Shown here: positions 38,560-52,100 of the stretch, one piece after another
How the letters are laid out: every line of letters begins with the position of its first letter
How positions within the stretch are numbered: position 1 is the stretch's first letter
Origin: Podarcis cretensis
Lineage: Eukaryota
Assembly: GCA_951804945.1 (NCBI GenBank)
Contig: OX638154.1
Coordinates: forward strand, 53,010,001 to 53,074,000
Reading direction: 5' to 3'
Length of the DNA: 64,000 nt
The notes under the pieces: model-generated
Seen by the model: only the letters and a program-made list of their open reading frames with translations
Databases searched by the model: none
What the model was told of the DNA's origin: nothing
Program-made: the position numbers and the translations under genes

Positions 38560-39762
38560 ATGCCTGGTCTTCTGAACCGGATGTGCCACATTGGGTTCCA
38601 CGTCCCTGAAGGGCAACAGCTGGCCAGCAACCTGGTGCGCCAGTTTGGATTCGAGCTGTTTGCTGCACGGGGGGCAGAATGGAGCAGGCAGATGGCCTTC
38701 CGGAGAGGGGATGCCGTTTTTCTCGTCAATGAAAGGCTGAAGTCTGCCAAGAGAGACGCTCCACCTGTGCCATCTTCAGGCTGCCGCAAGGATAAAGGAA
38801 TTCTGTACGACGTGGACCTAGAATACGCCGTCAGTACAGCCTCCAACATTTGCTTTGAGGCAGAAGATGTACCTGGCATCTCCCAAAGCCTACAGGAACG
38901 AGGATGCCAGATTCTCATCCCTCCCACAGCCGTGGGAGATGAAAATGGCCACGTCACTTATTCAGTAGTGGGATCCATCATAGGCAACATCAGCCACACA
39001 CTGCTTGACAGATCTCGGTACAGTGGACCGTTCCTGCCTGGTTTCCACATGGTGGAGGGTGCTCCCAAGGTCCAGGTGGGTGGCCGGGTGACACATTTTG
39101 ACCATATCACCTATGCTTGCCCCCAAGGTAGCTCGCAAGCTGTGTTGGACTGGTACAAGAACTGTTTGGGATTCCAGCGCTTCCCCATCCACCAGCAAGA
39201 CAACGGTACTGATGGTTATACAATCCAGGGAGCTGGTATGGGTCTTCGTCTTACTGCCATGCAGTCCAATGGGAGCGATTCGACTCAGCTTTGCAATGAC
39301 TGTAAAATTATTCTAGCTGAGTCTCTGTCAGAGCAAAAGAAGAACCAGGTGGATACTTTCTTAGAGCAGCACGGTGGATCGGGCATCCAACACGTGGCAC
39401 TCTACACCACAGGTATTATAGGGGCCGCTGCGGCCATGGCCAGATCTGGCGCAAACTTTTTCAAGCCCCCCTTATCATACTACAGTGAGAAAAGGAAGGT
39501 GGAGGAGATAAGGCAAGCTGGGCAAAATCTTCAGCTCCTGAAGGACCACGGTATCCTTTTGGATGCTGGCGTAGGAGGCAACGGTGGCTCTGGAGGCCTT
39601 TGTGAGAAGCAATACCTCATGCAGATCTTCACAAAGCCTCTCTTTACAGAGGATACTTTCTTCCTGGAGCTTATAGAGCGATGTGGGGCCACAGGTTTTG
39701 GCGAGGGAAACATTCGTGCTCTCTGGCAGTCTGTACAAAACTATATGGACCAGCAAGTTTGA
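38560..39762 (+). CDS. HPDL: 4-hydroxyphenylpyruvate dioxygenase-like protein, 400 aa, single coding exon
   Basis: First ATG at 38560 in the 411-codon ORF. HPPD-family motifs CHIGFHV, FDHITY, GIQHVAL, LMQIFTKPLF, FFLELIER.GATGFG.GNIRALW; adjacent to MUTYH. Confidence 0.95.
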   Translation: MPGLLNRMCHIGFHVPEGQQLASNLVRQFGFELFAARGAEWSRQMAFRRGDAVFLVNERLKSAKRDAPPVPSSGCRKDKGILYDVDLEYAVSTASNICFEAEDVPGISQSLQERGCQILIPPTAVGDENGHVTYSVVGSIIGNISHTLLDRSRYSGPFLPGFHMVEGAPKVQVGGRVTHFDHITYACPQGSSQAVLDWYKNCLGFQRFPIHQQDNGTDGYTIQGAGMGLRLTAMQSNGSDSTQLCNDCKIILAESLSEQKKNQVDTFLEQHGGSGIQHVALYTTGIIGAAAAMARSGANFFKPPLSYYSEKRKVEEIRQAGQNLQLLKDHGILLDAGVGGNGGSGGLCEKQYLMQIFTKPLFTEDTFFLELIERCGATGFGEGNIRALWQSVQNYMDQQV

Positions 39763-40891
39763 AGAATGCGCACCAACACCCCGTTACACAATCTTGTGTT
39801 CAGTGTATATGTTAACCTGATGGTGCGAGTTCTGCAAACCTGCTCCTAAGGGGTTGGTTTCCCTGTTATATCGATAACATAAGGAGTTCTAGATCATGTG
39901 CATACTTCCTAAACTGGCTCTGCACCTCCACCAGAGTTGCTTTCACTGGTGTAAAAAGTATCCATGTGATCTGGATGACCCACCTAATCAGAACTTTTTA
40001 CACATTGCTGAACTATTTTGAGTTGGGAGCTCTAACCACAGCGAAGAAACATTGTGTTGGCAGCTGCATCTTGCCTGCAAACAAGTGTGGTCAATACTCC
40101 TAGAACAGGGCTTCTCTATTCTGCATCTTTATCAACAAGCTTCACTGCTGGAACAAGCGAGACAAACAGAAAGCATAGAAATCTGGCTCTTAATTCCTTG
40201 TAGATCTGGGGCTCCAGAGGCAAAGACTAAGAAACATGGAAAGGGGCAGTATCTGGTTGGTGCTTGCCCAACATTGTCCCAGAACAGGAAATGGTGTTCT
40301 TCAATAATATGAAATCCATCTTCTTCAGTACAAAACTATGTGCTGAAGCACTTTGTAAAAACTGTTACTTGAATGGTTTCTGTCTCAAGTATATTTGTGA
40401 TGAGATCACAGCAAAACATTAATATGTTTATTAACAACAATTTAAATTATAAGATTTATTTATAACTTATTATTTAAATTATAACTTTGAAGTATAATGT
40501 TCTTTTAAGTGTTGGGTATAATAGCATTTTTTCTGTTTTAGGTCTAGTTGGTAATATGTTTTACTATTTCAATTTGGCCTGCTAGTCAGCTGAAGAACAG
40601 CTTATTTCTTTAGTAAACTTGCTTAATTTTTGTTACAATTGTGTTAAGTTTTAAACATCTTTCAATTGTCAGTCTTGTTTGGATATTTATTTGGGCATGT
40701 GGAATGCTTATAGTAATAAAGATATATGTGTTTAAGTCAGGATTGATCTTTAAAAAAAATTCTTAATATCAGTTGAGACTATTTTTTGTTATATTTGCAT
40801 TAAAAACACAATTGTGTTAACTTTAAATATTTCTTTGTAGTTCTGTAATAGAACACATTGTTACATGCTTCTCTGTATTAATTCCCTTCTG

Positions 40892-41262
40892 TAAGGTAAA
40901 GGTAAAGGTACCCCTGCCCATACAGGCCAGTCGTGTCCGACTCTAGGGTTGCGTGCTCATCTTGCTCTAGAGGCCGTGAGCCGGCGCCATCCGAAGACAC
41001 TTCCAGGTCACGTGGCCAGTGTGACGAAGCTGCAGCTGGCGAGCCAGCACCAGCACAGCACACGGAAACGCCGTTTACCTTCCCGCTATAAAGCGGTACC
41101 TATTTATCTACTTGCACTTAAGAGTGCTTTCGAACTGCTAGGTGGGCAGGAGCAGGGACCGAACGACGGGAGCTCGTTCCGCCGCGGGGATTCGAACCAC
41201 CGACCATACGATCAGCAAGTCCTAGGCACAGAGGTTTTACCCACAGCGCCACCCGCGTCCCC
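40892..41262 (-). mobile_element. Sauria SINE with intact TSD
   Basis: Full head and (ACCTTT)n tail; 13-bp TSD TAATTCCCTTCTG at 40879-40891 and 41264-41276. Confidence 0.92.
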
Positions 41263-42611
41263 ATAATTCCCTTCTGAGTTTAGAATATTTAGAATCTGAT
41301 TCTTATCAACATTATGCAACAAACAAGGTCTTATTTATGTGTTTGTTCACTGTGTGGCTGAGCTTTTATGAACTTGCTGTTTCTTCATCTTGGGGAACAG
41401 ATACTGCTACTTAGCTGTACTTTACAAAAAGGACATGCCTAATAGCACATTTTCCAAATTGCTTATGGCGGGGTAGTTACCCTTTTGATAAATGTTACCA
41501 ATGTGCCCCTTTTGGTCGCAGGGGAGCAATGGGGATATTATAGAGCGGTCATTTATTGTGCTTTTTTCACCTGTGAAATGGCAAATACTAGAAATAGTGG
41601 GAAAAGAACTGAAAACTCCACAATATTCCACCTTTGTATTAACAGATTTCTGAATGCTTGCTTTTAAAGGGACTTTCTTGGTTCCTTGCCAGTGACATAG
41701 CTGTGCAGGTATCAACATGCTAGTACAATATTTAAGGTTGTGTGTGTGCCAATTTTCAACGCTACAGTGTGAATAATACAATCAGTTAAGAAGAAGAAAG
41801 CATAACTAAATAACCGCCACAGTAAAAATTCATTAAAATTTTATTAGCAAACCCACAATTAAAACAGGACACTGCATGTACTGAAAAACAGTTTCATCTG
41901 TGAACTCCAGCAATTGTGGCATCTAGTACAGCAGCAAAACACTTTCTTGACTATGGATGTGAGCAAATGGCAATTGCATAGTTACTTTTCCTTGAGAATA
42001 AACTAGCTCTAAGAAAGCAGCATTTAAGAAGGATGCAGAAGAGACATTGAGTCTTTTTGCTTAGCATCCACTGGAGAATAAGTCTTTCAGTCAGCCTGCC
42101 TCATATACTTTTTTATAAAGTCCATTTTACTGCAGTGTGGCACACCAATAAACTCTGACCTCCTAGGAGCCACTACAGCCACACTTGTTTGAATTGTGCC
42201 CGTGTTACGTATTGGAGTGGAGGGGGGCAATGTTAAAGTCACAACATCCCCATGATGCCCTCATTGCAGCCACTGTGTTTCATTCCAGTATGACCACATC
42301 CTTGCTGGAGATCAGTCCCTCATCTCCGAAACTAAAAGGTAAGGCACATCAGATGAATGGTAATGCAGACGAAACAACTGGACTCATCCCACTGCCCTGA
42401 ACTCTAGTAAGATTATGGAGCTTAGCACTGTTTACAACAGGCAGGCACACCTCACTGCCTGGGTAGTGTGGTCATCCCAGCTGAGAATCCTGAGACCTTT
42501 CGGTGATGCTCACTGAGAAGGCACCAATGGGGCTTCCAAGTGTTGGACAAGGTTGCTAGGAGTGGAATGAGGTGTACTCACGTGAGGTCAGGCAGAGCAT
42601 AGAGACTGCTA

Positions 42612-43125
42612 TCAGTCCCCGGGATTTGTTGCAAGAAATGAATCCAGAGAAAGTTGCCTCTTGGAAAAACTACCTTCTTCATGCAGGGTCTGGCTGGTGT
42701 GTAGGGAGTCCCGTTTCCTCTTGACAATCTGTACAGTCACACATGCATATGAATTTGACGGAGAAAGCACTGCGGCCACCTCTAAATCCCATCCTCTTGC
42801 TTATAGGCCTAACATTGGTAAGAAGGGTGGAGACAAACCAGCAGGACCCACCCAGTGTGATTGGAAGGATGTGCAGTTGGCAAGCCTCAAACTGGTGGCT
42901 CCCAACATGCAGGACCAGTGATGGAGCTCAGTAGACAGAGGGGCGAGATGCTGTTCCCTGTGGAAAGCCCTCCCTTCAGATGTCAAGAAGATAAAGAAGT
43001 ACAAAACTTTTAGAAGACATCTGAAGGCAGCCCTGTATTGGGAGGTTTCTAACACTTGATGTTTTTAGATATGCTGTAAGCCACCCAGAGTGGCTGGGGA
43101 AACCCAGCCAGATGGGCAGGGAATA

Positions 43126-43171
<46 letters not shown>

Positions 43172-46100
43172 GGAACATGATTGGAGCTGCACAGAGAGAG
43201 GTAAGAGCTGTTCAGCTCTAGTAAATGGATGTCCTTACCTTGGCAGTACTGATTGTAGGGCTCCACTTTTCATAAGCTTTGAAGACCTGGAAAAGTAGGA
43301 CAGTCCACATAACACATCTAGCACCATAATGAATACATGGTGTTGACTCCATATGAGGGGGCAGGTTGCAACTGTTTACGTACAAAGGCGTTTTTAACGT
43401 ATCAGCTGCCCCCTGGAACCACTGATTGCTTGAGCCAGAAACACAGGGACAGTGTGAAAGAGGAGACAGAGCACACGCAACAAGAGAAGCAGCTAAAAGT
43501 GGGCCAAGTGTATCCCTTGCTAGAAAGCTATGTTCAGTCATACTTCCAGCTGCAGTTAACGTTTGCATTTCCCCAGAAGCTGTGGCTAACATTCCACGCT
43601 GTTGCATCACCTGCATCTCTCAGGAGAAACTGACATGTGGGTCCATTGGGAAACTTGAAGCAACCAAGCTCTAGATTCTCAGTACCTTCTTCATGGCTGT
43701 GGAGATGGCAGAGTTGTGGAATTCTGTTTCAGTCACCCACCGGGATGCTGGCAGCTCCAGCTCTGCATCCCAGTTTCCTTCATCTTGATCCAGAGTCAAA
43801 GAGTAGATCACATATGTCTGGCGGATGTGGGAGAAGATATGGAGAACCTGGTGAAGGAGGTGAAGATATGTAGATGTGGTTAGGGAAGGTGAGAGATGCC
43901 GTTATGTCACAGCATCCCTTCCCTCCCTACCTTCTGGCAGGTAAGAAGGACAAGTTCCTTGGGAAGGAAGAAACCCAGCTGCTGCCTCATAGAGGGAGGC
44001 TGGGCTTTGCATGGAGACCTGGGAGCTTCTCCTTCCCAACCTTCATTGTTTCAGAACAAGGAGCTGCAGGTACATAACCTACTTGTATGTGGGAATGAAG
44101 ACAGGGAAGAAAGCAGAGACTGTGCTCTAGGACTAGGACAGGGGCGCAGGCCTGGAGGCAGGCTGCAGTTCTCTAGGCTTCTCTTCCCAGTCGCTGAGAC
44201 TCACACTAGGTTGTGCCTCCTTCCCATTCCACACCCCTCCCCAGTCAAACTCCTCCAAGTGTTTTTGCCTGGCTGGAATGTGGCCTTGAAGTGCAATAAT
44301 GCTCCTGGCCTGCCTGGATGAAAGTATGTGTGTGTGTATATATATTAAAACCTGACTTTTGTTTGGCTGGAATGTAGCCTGTTGGCATCCGTCTGTCTCG
44401 GGAGATAATGGAGGAGTGTGCCTTTGGGGGTCAAGAAGTTCACTCCACTTGTCAAGTGATACTCTGAGCTCCAAGCAACCATTGAAGCAGGTGGACAGTG
44501 AGGGGCCAGGACTTTATTGACTGGGGTTGCTAAGCTCAAGACGGGCAGTATCTGACTAGCGAGACATGATCTCTCCCACCTATGGCATAACTTGAGTGAT
44601 AATCTAAAAATAATCTGAGGGCTGAATGGCTGGAAGTGAGATTTAATTCAATCCTGACAAATACTGTTCCAGATATTCATGGGGGCAGTAATTTCATTGC
44701 CAGCTATTTAACTGCAAAACTTTCCATCTGTCAGTTACAAAATAGAACAACTGTCTTCCCCTTCAAACCAGCTTCACGCATGGCACACATCCTGAAGGTT
44801 TTGTTTGGCAGTTCATAGCAACAGAGATTCTGATGCTAATGCCACCCCAGGTTGTAGGTTGTAAATCCTATGCAAGGGGAGGTGGCGGCGAGAGAGGAGG
44901 TACTCGCTGGAGAGACACAGTATAAACAGTGGGCCAATTCTGCAGGGAGAGGGGTCCAATGTACCTCTCCAACATGCTGCAGGCTTCTTGTTGTCACATT
45001 ACTACCAACCCAGGCTTGGAGGTGATCTGCCAGCGCTGCTTTCTGCCGCTTCTCCTGCCCTGACTCAAGGAGGCGGCTTGGAAACTCCCAAAGCCCTGCC
45101 AACAGACCTGCAAGAAAATGTACCATCACCAGCACAAGCTGATATTGTATCGTGGTTAAGAGCCTGAGTTATGAGCTAGAAATCCCTGGTTCACAAAATC
45201 ATCTTGGACATAAAATTTGGTATCCTCTGGCAAAGTTACACATTCTCAGCCATATCTAAAAACCTGGAATAATATGTATCTACTTAATAATGCTGTTGCA
45301 GAGATTCCTAGGATAATGTACACAAAACACCTAGGAAATGCTCTAAATAAATACTGTGTTGTCAATATCATATTTTAAACATAACCACCCTCTATCAGGC
45401 ACACATGACATGTATTTAGACAACACTGCTTTCATAGTAAACGAGCAGTGCTCCTAAGGTACATGCCTACGTCAGGGCTGTGCTCTCTCCCTTGACTAGT
45501 GCAGGCGAAAGTAATGCCTTAAATAATTCAGCTGGTTTTCTTTTACTTCAACTGCGGCATGAATTTTTTAACAGCTGAAAAAATGCTCAATAACAGAGAC
45601 AGGTCTGGGTGCCCAGGGTATCTATCTATTTATTAAATGTGTATACCACCCTTCACCTGAAAACCACAGGGTGGTTCACAAGATAAAAATACAAAATGAG
45701 AACACAAGATACATAATAAACAAAAGCAAACCAATAACCCTCCCTCCCACAATCACATTTTAAAGACCACAGAACCTTAATCAGCCAAAGGCCTGGTTAT
45801 ATTGAAACGTTTTTGCCTGGCACCTAGTATAGCAGCCTGGAATGGACTGGCAGATAAACTTGACCCATCTTGCAGGCATCTGTTTTCTGCAACCACTAGC
45901 TCAACGTCATAATAAATGTGCTCAACATAAAATTGGAATGATCACTGATGTGGGTGGGTTACAGGAGCTGGAGATGTAACAACTGATTTTCTAGGCATGG
46001 TAAGCCTCCCTTTCTCAGACCATTACCTGTGCTAGGTCTCTGCACAATAAGGTACTCTGGTTTCCCATCACTGCACTTTCTCTGTAGCACACATGTGGCT

Positions 46101-49100
46101 GTGCACTCGATCCTGGGCTGCTTCTTGCCAGTTTTCCTGGGGAAGTTGGTCACACCAAGGCTGGGATCCCATGGCTCTGAAGGAGGCAGGCAGAGAGAGC
46201 AGCTCCCTGTGGCGGCAGCGGCTACAAATCAGAAGAATGAAACAGATGAGATGCCTGGCTCTGAACTGCTGGCAACAGGTAACTGTCTGCAAAGCATCTT
46301 TGTGGGAGATGGCATGTTCTAGGACAGGAAGGCCTGGCTTGCTAATGAAGCCAGAGTTAAACCAATGCTGCCCATTCCATGGTGGCAAAGCTGACAAATG
46401 TCAATTCACAACCAAAGAAACCACTAATCTCACTGCAAATAAATAAATAAATTGCTCAGTGAAGCATGAACTGCACACCTAAACTGAATTTGAGCCAGTC
46501 TAGCCAATAGCTCTATACCAGGGTGGGAAACCTCCAGTCATCCAGGTTTCTCTATTGGACCCTCGGAACTCTCCACAGGTCATGCCTCTCATGGCCTCCT
46601 CAAGTGTCTCAGCCTGGCAGGAATGTTCCCTGAACTGTGATAATACATTTTGCTTGCCTGGCTGAAGGATAGAGACGTTTGTGTTGCCCGTTACAGAACG
46701 TAGCACTTGGGGTGAAAAAATGTTTCCCGCCTCTGATCTATCTATAGATTCTATGCAATCACACGCGTGAAAGAGATCAATGTGTAGCCATTTACTAGCT
46801 TCTCATAGATAAACCTACACAATTCAAACAATAAATTACCAGAAGCAGAGAGCAACTATGGTACAAAAAATTACCTGCAGGGGAAATAAAATACTTCAGA
46901 GGAAGGATCCAGTGCTCCTCTGCTTCTCTACCAGAGAGCTTTTAGGGACAGACATGTTTAAAAGTGAAATTTTGCCATGCATTTGCCATAAGCCTAAGGC
47001 AGCATACAAATACAAGCATAAAATACACCAGCTTGATAATTAAAATGCAATTAACATATTAAGGGTGGGTTTGTTTGTTTGTTTGCATTTTAATAATTAT
47101 TTTTATGGAACCTCATCAAAAACCATTCATCACAGCAACTCTCATAAACCATCACAAAAGCCTGCTCAAATAAAAAGGCCACATGTTGCTCCTTAAAAAT
47201 GGAACTGGATTTAGTATGTTTGGTTTTTTGGTGGGGAGTGGGGGGGGGCTTAATTTGCTGGCTACAGAAGTTGGCTGTGGTTCTTCCCCCTCCTTCTTGC
47301 ATCTACTACCCTGAATAAAGAAGGGCTGCTGGTGGAATTGGGAAGAGAAGGTAGAGATTTTGCTGGAGGTCGAGATCTGAGAGCTTTCCCACCTTGTAAA
47401 AACTTCAAACCACCAACCTGGTAATGCCAGGTGTTCTCAAGCGCTTACCACATTCTTCTACATCCAGCACCTGGGGGCACTTAGAAGGAGGTTTTCCTAA
47501 CAGTTTCTTGGCAGAGGCTGCTTGCTCTTTTTCCACCTGCAGGAAAAGGTTCCAACCATCAGTGAACAGAGAGGTGGGGGACTGTGCAAGTACCTGAGGC
47601 TTCTTCTAGAACTTCCATGTCCTCAGTCTTAACTTCAAGCTATATGCTGACCTTAGCCATGATTCCAAAGTTGAGACCAAACCCAAGGGCAGAATAGGAT
47701 GCACACCTGTGTTGTATATGCAACATTTTAAAAAAGAGATGAAGTGGGCCTGGTTATGTGAAAGGAATTATTTAGAATATTTAGAATTTAGAATATGATT
47801 TAGAATAATATGGTTTAGAATAATTTAAATATGATTAACTGAAGACATTATAACGAAGCATTAATAGGTGACTTTGTTAGACTGTATTTCTGCTCAGGAG
47901 GAGATCCAACCATATGAAACTGAACGAACCCCGAGGGAATTTATGTGCATGGCAGCATTCCTAAACACACTTACTGGGGAGTAAGCACCACTGAACAAAG
48001 TACTTCTGAGCAGACATGCAGGTAGACATGCAGAACCCCCATACAATGTCTGTGTGGTATGTGTACAAGGAGTGTTAAGTTCTTCAGGGAGCTTTGCAGG
48101 AAATGGCTCTTCTTTCCCAACAGATAATAATAATCTGACTCCACAGCAAAACACCAGAGCATGGGGAACAGCAAAGGGTATAAAGGAGGAGCTCCCTTAC
48201 TTTGTGGTGTGCTCTGCAGTGCTGCTTCACGGGACACTCCATGCACCGTGGGGCCTTGGGAGTGCACACAGTTGCCCCCAATTCCATCATCGCTTGGTTA
48301 AAGTCACCGGGATAGGATGGGTCCACCAGAGTGTGTGCTAAAGCCCTAAGAACAACAGCAGCCTACATGAGCAAGCATAACAAGTCTTTCTAAAGCAGCA
48401 GCCTCAAAAAAGAACAACTCCTGAGCTTTCTCGACCTACAACCGCATTGATGGGAGAGCTGAGAGTGAAAAAAAGAGACAGAGAGAGGTGCTAGTTTTGC
48501 ACAAAAACTGCCCTGGGGCTGCCAGCTGTCGCTCTGTGCTGTAGGGAAGCATTTCTTAGGGAGGTGGCTACCTACTCCCTAATTTTAGAGGGGGCTTTAG
48601 AAACCAGCATTCTGTAAAAGCTCAGCAATCAGTAATGGGGAGTTTCCAAAAGATAAAGAGCAGCATTTCTAAATTCTCTGCCCTCTTTCACTCTTCACAG
48701 CACCTAGCTCTTCCGCCTGAGCCAACGAACATTTAGTTAGGACTCCCATTGATTTGAATGGAATTTTCTTACATGTGAAGGACTATTCGCGCCTACTTCT
48801 CTGGGTGTGTGTACAGCTCCTGGTTTGCTGATTGAACTGCTAATTCACTATATTTTTGACCTTAAGAGTTCAAACTCAGCAAGGGGAGGCCAACTGCAAG
48901 TCCACTATATGCAATTAGGGACTGACTGTGAAGAGCTTAGATTTTGCCAGGACGTGTTGTCCCCAGTTTGGATATCTGATGGGGAAGAAGGAACAAAATA
49001 CTTTTATCTTCCAAAAGCTATTGTCCTCTCCTGACTCTCAGGTCCTAAAGCTAGGCTTGCACCATCCCAACCCCATTCCTTCCCTTACCAGAGTCTCTCA

Positions 49101-52100
49101 GCAACAGATGCATTGGCAGGGTCAGCACCAATGGCTCGTGTACGGCACAAGACCCGAATTACGTTCCCATCCACCACACCGGTCACCTGGATGCATTGGA
49201 CAAAACAGCAACCCAGCCGTTACTGCACTTGTGACAACTTCTGCTCCAGCCTCCATTAAGGGCTGCTGACAGAGCTACTGAAGAGCCCAACTAGGCCACA
49301 GAGGGCCCTCTGCCTGCATCAAATTCACTCTGTGAATCCATGGAAAGTTGAGATTACGTAGTGGTTAGGATATCAAGTATGGTTCAGGAAGTCTTTGGTT
49401 TGAAGCAGAGTGCACAGAGGTACAAGTCATTGTTTAGTGGCTTAGATAGTAATGTCTAGTGACTATATTAAATTCTGTATTAATATCTGTTTCTCTTGCC
49501 AGACACCACCTCTGTATGGTTTGTGTTTGTATTGTACAAAAGGAAGTTACTATTTAGGACTGATGACCAAGACTAGCCACAATTTAGTCTTTCTTCCAGT
49601 CACAGGGTTAGAAAAGTATCAATACTCTTTCTTTTCATTTATACAGGTTATGAAGTCATGCCATACAGTGCAGAAATCTAAATTACACACCACTTCCTTG
49701 GCTGAGATCTTCCTATTCCTACTTGTTCTAGCTCTAACAGTGAGGGAATTAGTAGCCAATTCACTGTTTTTAGGGGCATCAAGGGAAACACAGGAGTGAA
49801 CAACAGCTGCAAAGGGAAAGGAGATAAGAAAATGTCTAGCCCTCTAGATTGACTAAGGACTTAGAATCCCAAAGCCAGGTTGGGTAATATTCCTTTGTGC
49901 ATATTCCTAAAGCAAATCTGCCCACTCAGATTGCAACCTCATTACCTGACCAAACGCTATGGATGCAATAGCTCCTGCAGTGTACTTTCCAACTCCCGGC
50001 AACTGCTTCTGCAGCTCTTCTGCTGTCCTGGGCATATGTCCTTCCATCTGTGACACCAACTGCGAAATAAACCCAGTTGAAGCAACACAGGGACATCGTC
50101 ACTCAAAAGCACCACCTCTGGTGGTTCTTAGGCACACCGTTAAAACTTCCAACATCCCTTTAAGGTGTCATGATCCTGGAGTCAGATTCCCCTTCTTCAG
50201 GGGATGAGGTTGAGGACTCTGAAGAAGGAGGGGAAAGGGAATGGAGGGCCAGCCCCAGAAGTACTTCTATCTGATGAGCCTGTGAGGGCAGTGTTCCTCC
50301 AGCCAGAGGATGTGGCACTGCTGTCCTTGGAAGAAACTATTGCAGAACATTCCTAGCCCCCTGCTCTATTGCAATAGGAGTAGGTTGGCTTTCACTGAAG
50401 AAGCACTTGCCTTTGCAGATGGGGCTAACAATTGGGATGGCCTTGCTGCCACTATATAGGGTTCAGTGACTGAAACAGAGCTCCGTGTTTCTATAGCACA
50501 ACCTGAGCAGCTCATTAAGAAGCAGGTGATCTTTCTGGTGATAAGATATCATGAGATGAAAATACTGCCCATTGCCTCTTGGAGGAAGGGTGGGATACAA
50601 ACATTAGGGGATTTTGGATATACATTTCCTACAAACTATGCCCTCAGTTTTAGGAAGCTACTCAGCTCAAGAGTAAACCATTTGGGGTTCCCACCTTGCC
50701 ATCTAATAACACTTTGCTATTCCTACCTGAACTCCCAATTAGACTAGTTAGTACAATAGCTACAGTAGCTAGTTATCTTGCACCTGGTTCTTTCTTAAGT
50801 GGCTATTAGAAAATCTTTCTTTCTGTAAGCACAGGACATAAAGGGAACTATCTTCTTGCAAAAATGCCTTGTGTCTTGACCCCCTGCCTATAGAGTACCT
50901 TATGTGCACCTTCCTGGAGTCGCTTCCCTCGGGAATAGTAGCCAAGCCCTGCCCATAGCTCATTCACCTCCTATTTCCAAATAGAAAGAGTTAGAAAAAA
51001 ATATTAGACCAGACCAATAATGAATGCTTTTGCTTAGTGTATTTTTTTTGCTATTTCATTTTTGTTGATTTTTTGGGTATTTCTGTATTTTTTTTTAAAA
51101 AAAGTATTTAAATCCTTTTTTAAAGTGGGGTGGAGAGCAAAGCTGCATGTTCCATTCAAATATTCATCCATGAACACACACAAAATATTGCTTTCTCATT
51201 CTTACCTCTAGTGAAGCCTGAGCCAGGTCCTGCAAGGTTGGCCATTTCTGTATCAAAAAGGAAAACAGGGACTTATTTACAAGGTCTCCAAAGCACAATG
51301 GATCCCAGATCCAGAATTCAGGAGCTAATGCACAACAGAGCATGCCACAGAGAGAAAAGGATCTCAGCATCACCTGCATCCAGCGATTGTAGTAGTTGAT
51401 CACTGAAGCCACCTGGGTCTGCTGGAGCATTATCTCCGATACCCACACTGCAGGCACAAAGATAAAGCAGGTGCATCAGGCATTCTGATACCTTCCTTGT
51501 TCTGCATGGCAAGTGGGAGGGGATGTGCTGCTCAATATACCGTATTTTTTGCCCCATAGGGCGCACCGGCCCATAGGATGCACCTAGGGTTTTTTTTTGG
51601 GGGGGGGGAAATAAAGAAAAAAAATTTTATTCTCCCCCCAGGCACGGGGCTGGGGCGGGGGAAGCCCCCCACCAGGCACGGGGCTGGGGAAGCCCGAGCT
51701 TCCCCCGACCCCAGCCCCCAGAACAGGCAGCTCTCCGCAAGCCTTGGGAGACTGGTGTGACTTCCCGCCGGGCTCCCACGGCTTGCGGATATCTGCCTGA
51801 AGCCCAAACCAGGTCGGGGAACAGCGGGATGGCGGCGCTCCGCCTCCCCATTGTCCCCCGAGCTTGTGGGGCTGACGGCAGGGAGAAGTGCGCTTCTCCC
51901 CGCCGCAAGCCTCCAAACCAGGTCGGGGAACCGAAGCCCGGGGTGCGCTGTGCAGCGTGCCCCAGGCTTCGAGATGCAGGCTGCTATCCGCAAGTCTAGG
52001 GAGCCCGACGGGAACTCCCGCAGGCTCCCAAGGCTTGCGGAGAGCTTCCTGAAGCCAGCATTCGCCCCATAGGATGCACACACATTTCCCCTTCATTTTT

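Noticed and set aside
38433-39756. Antisense ORFs over HPDL (similar one over TOE1 at 61011-61472)
   Set aside because: These are shadow frames of real coding sequence.
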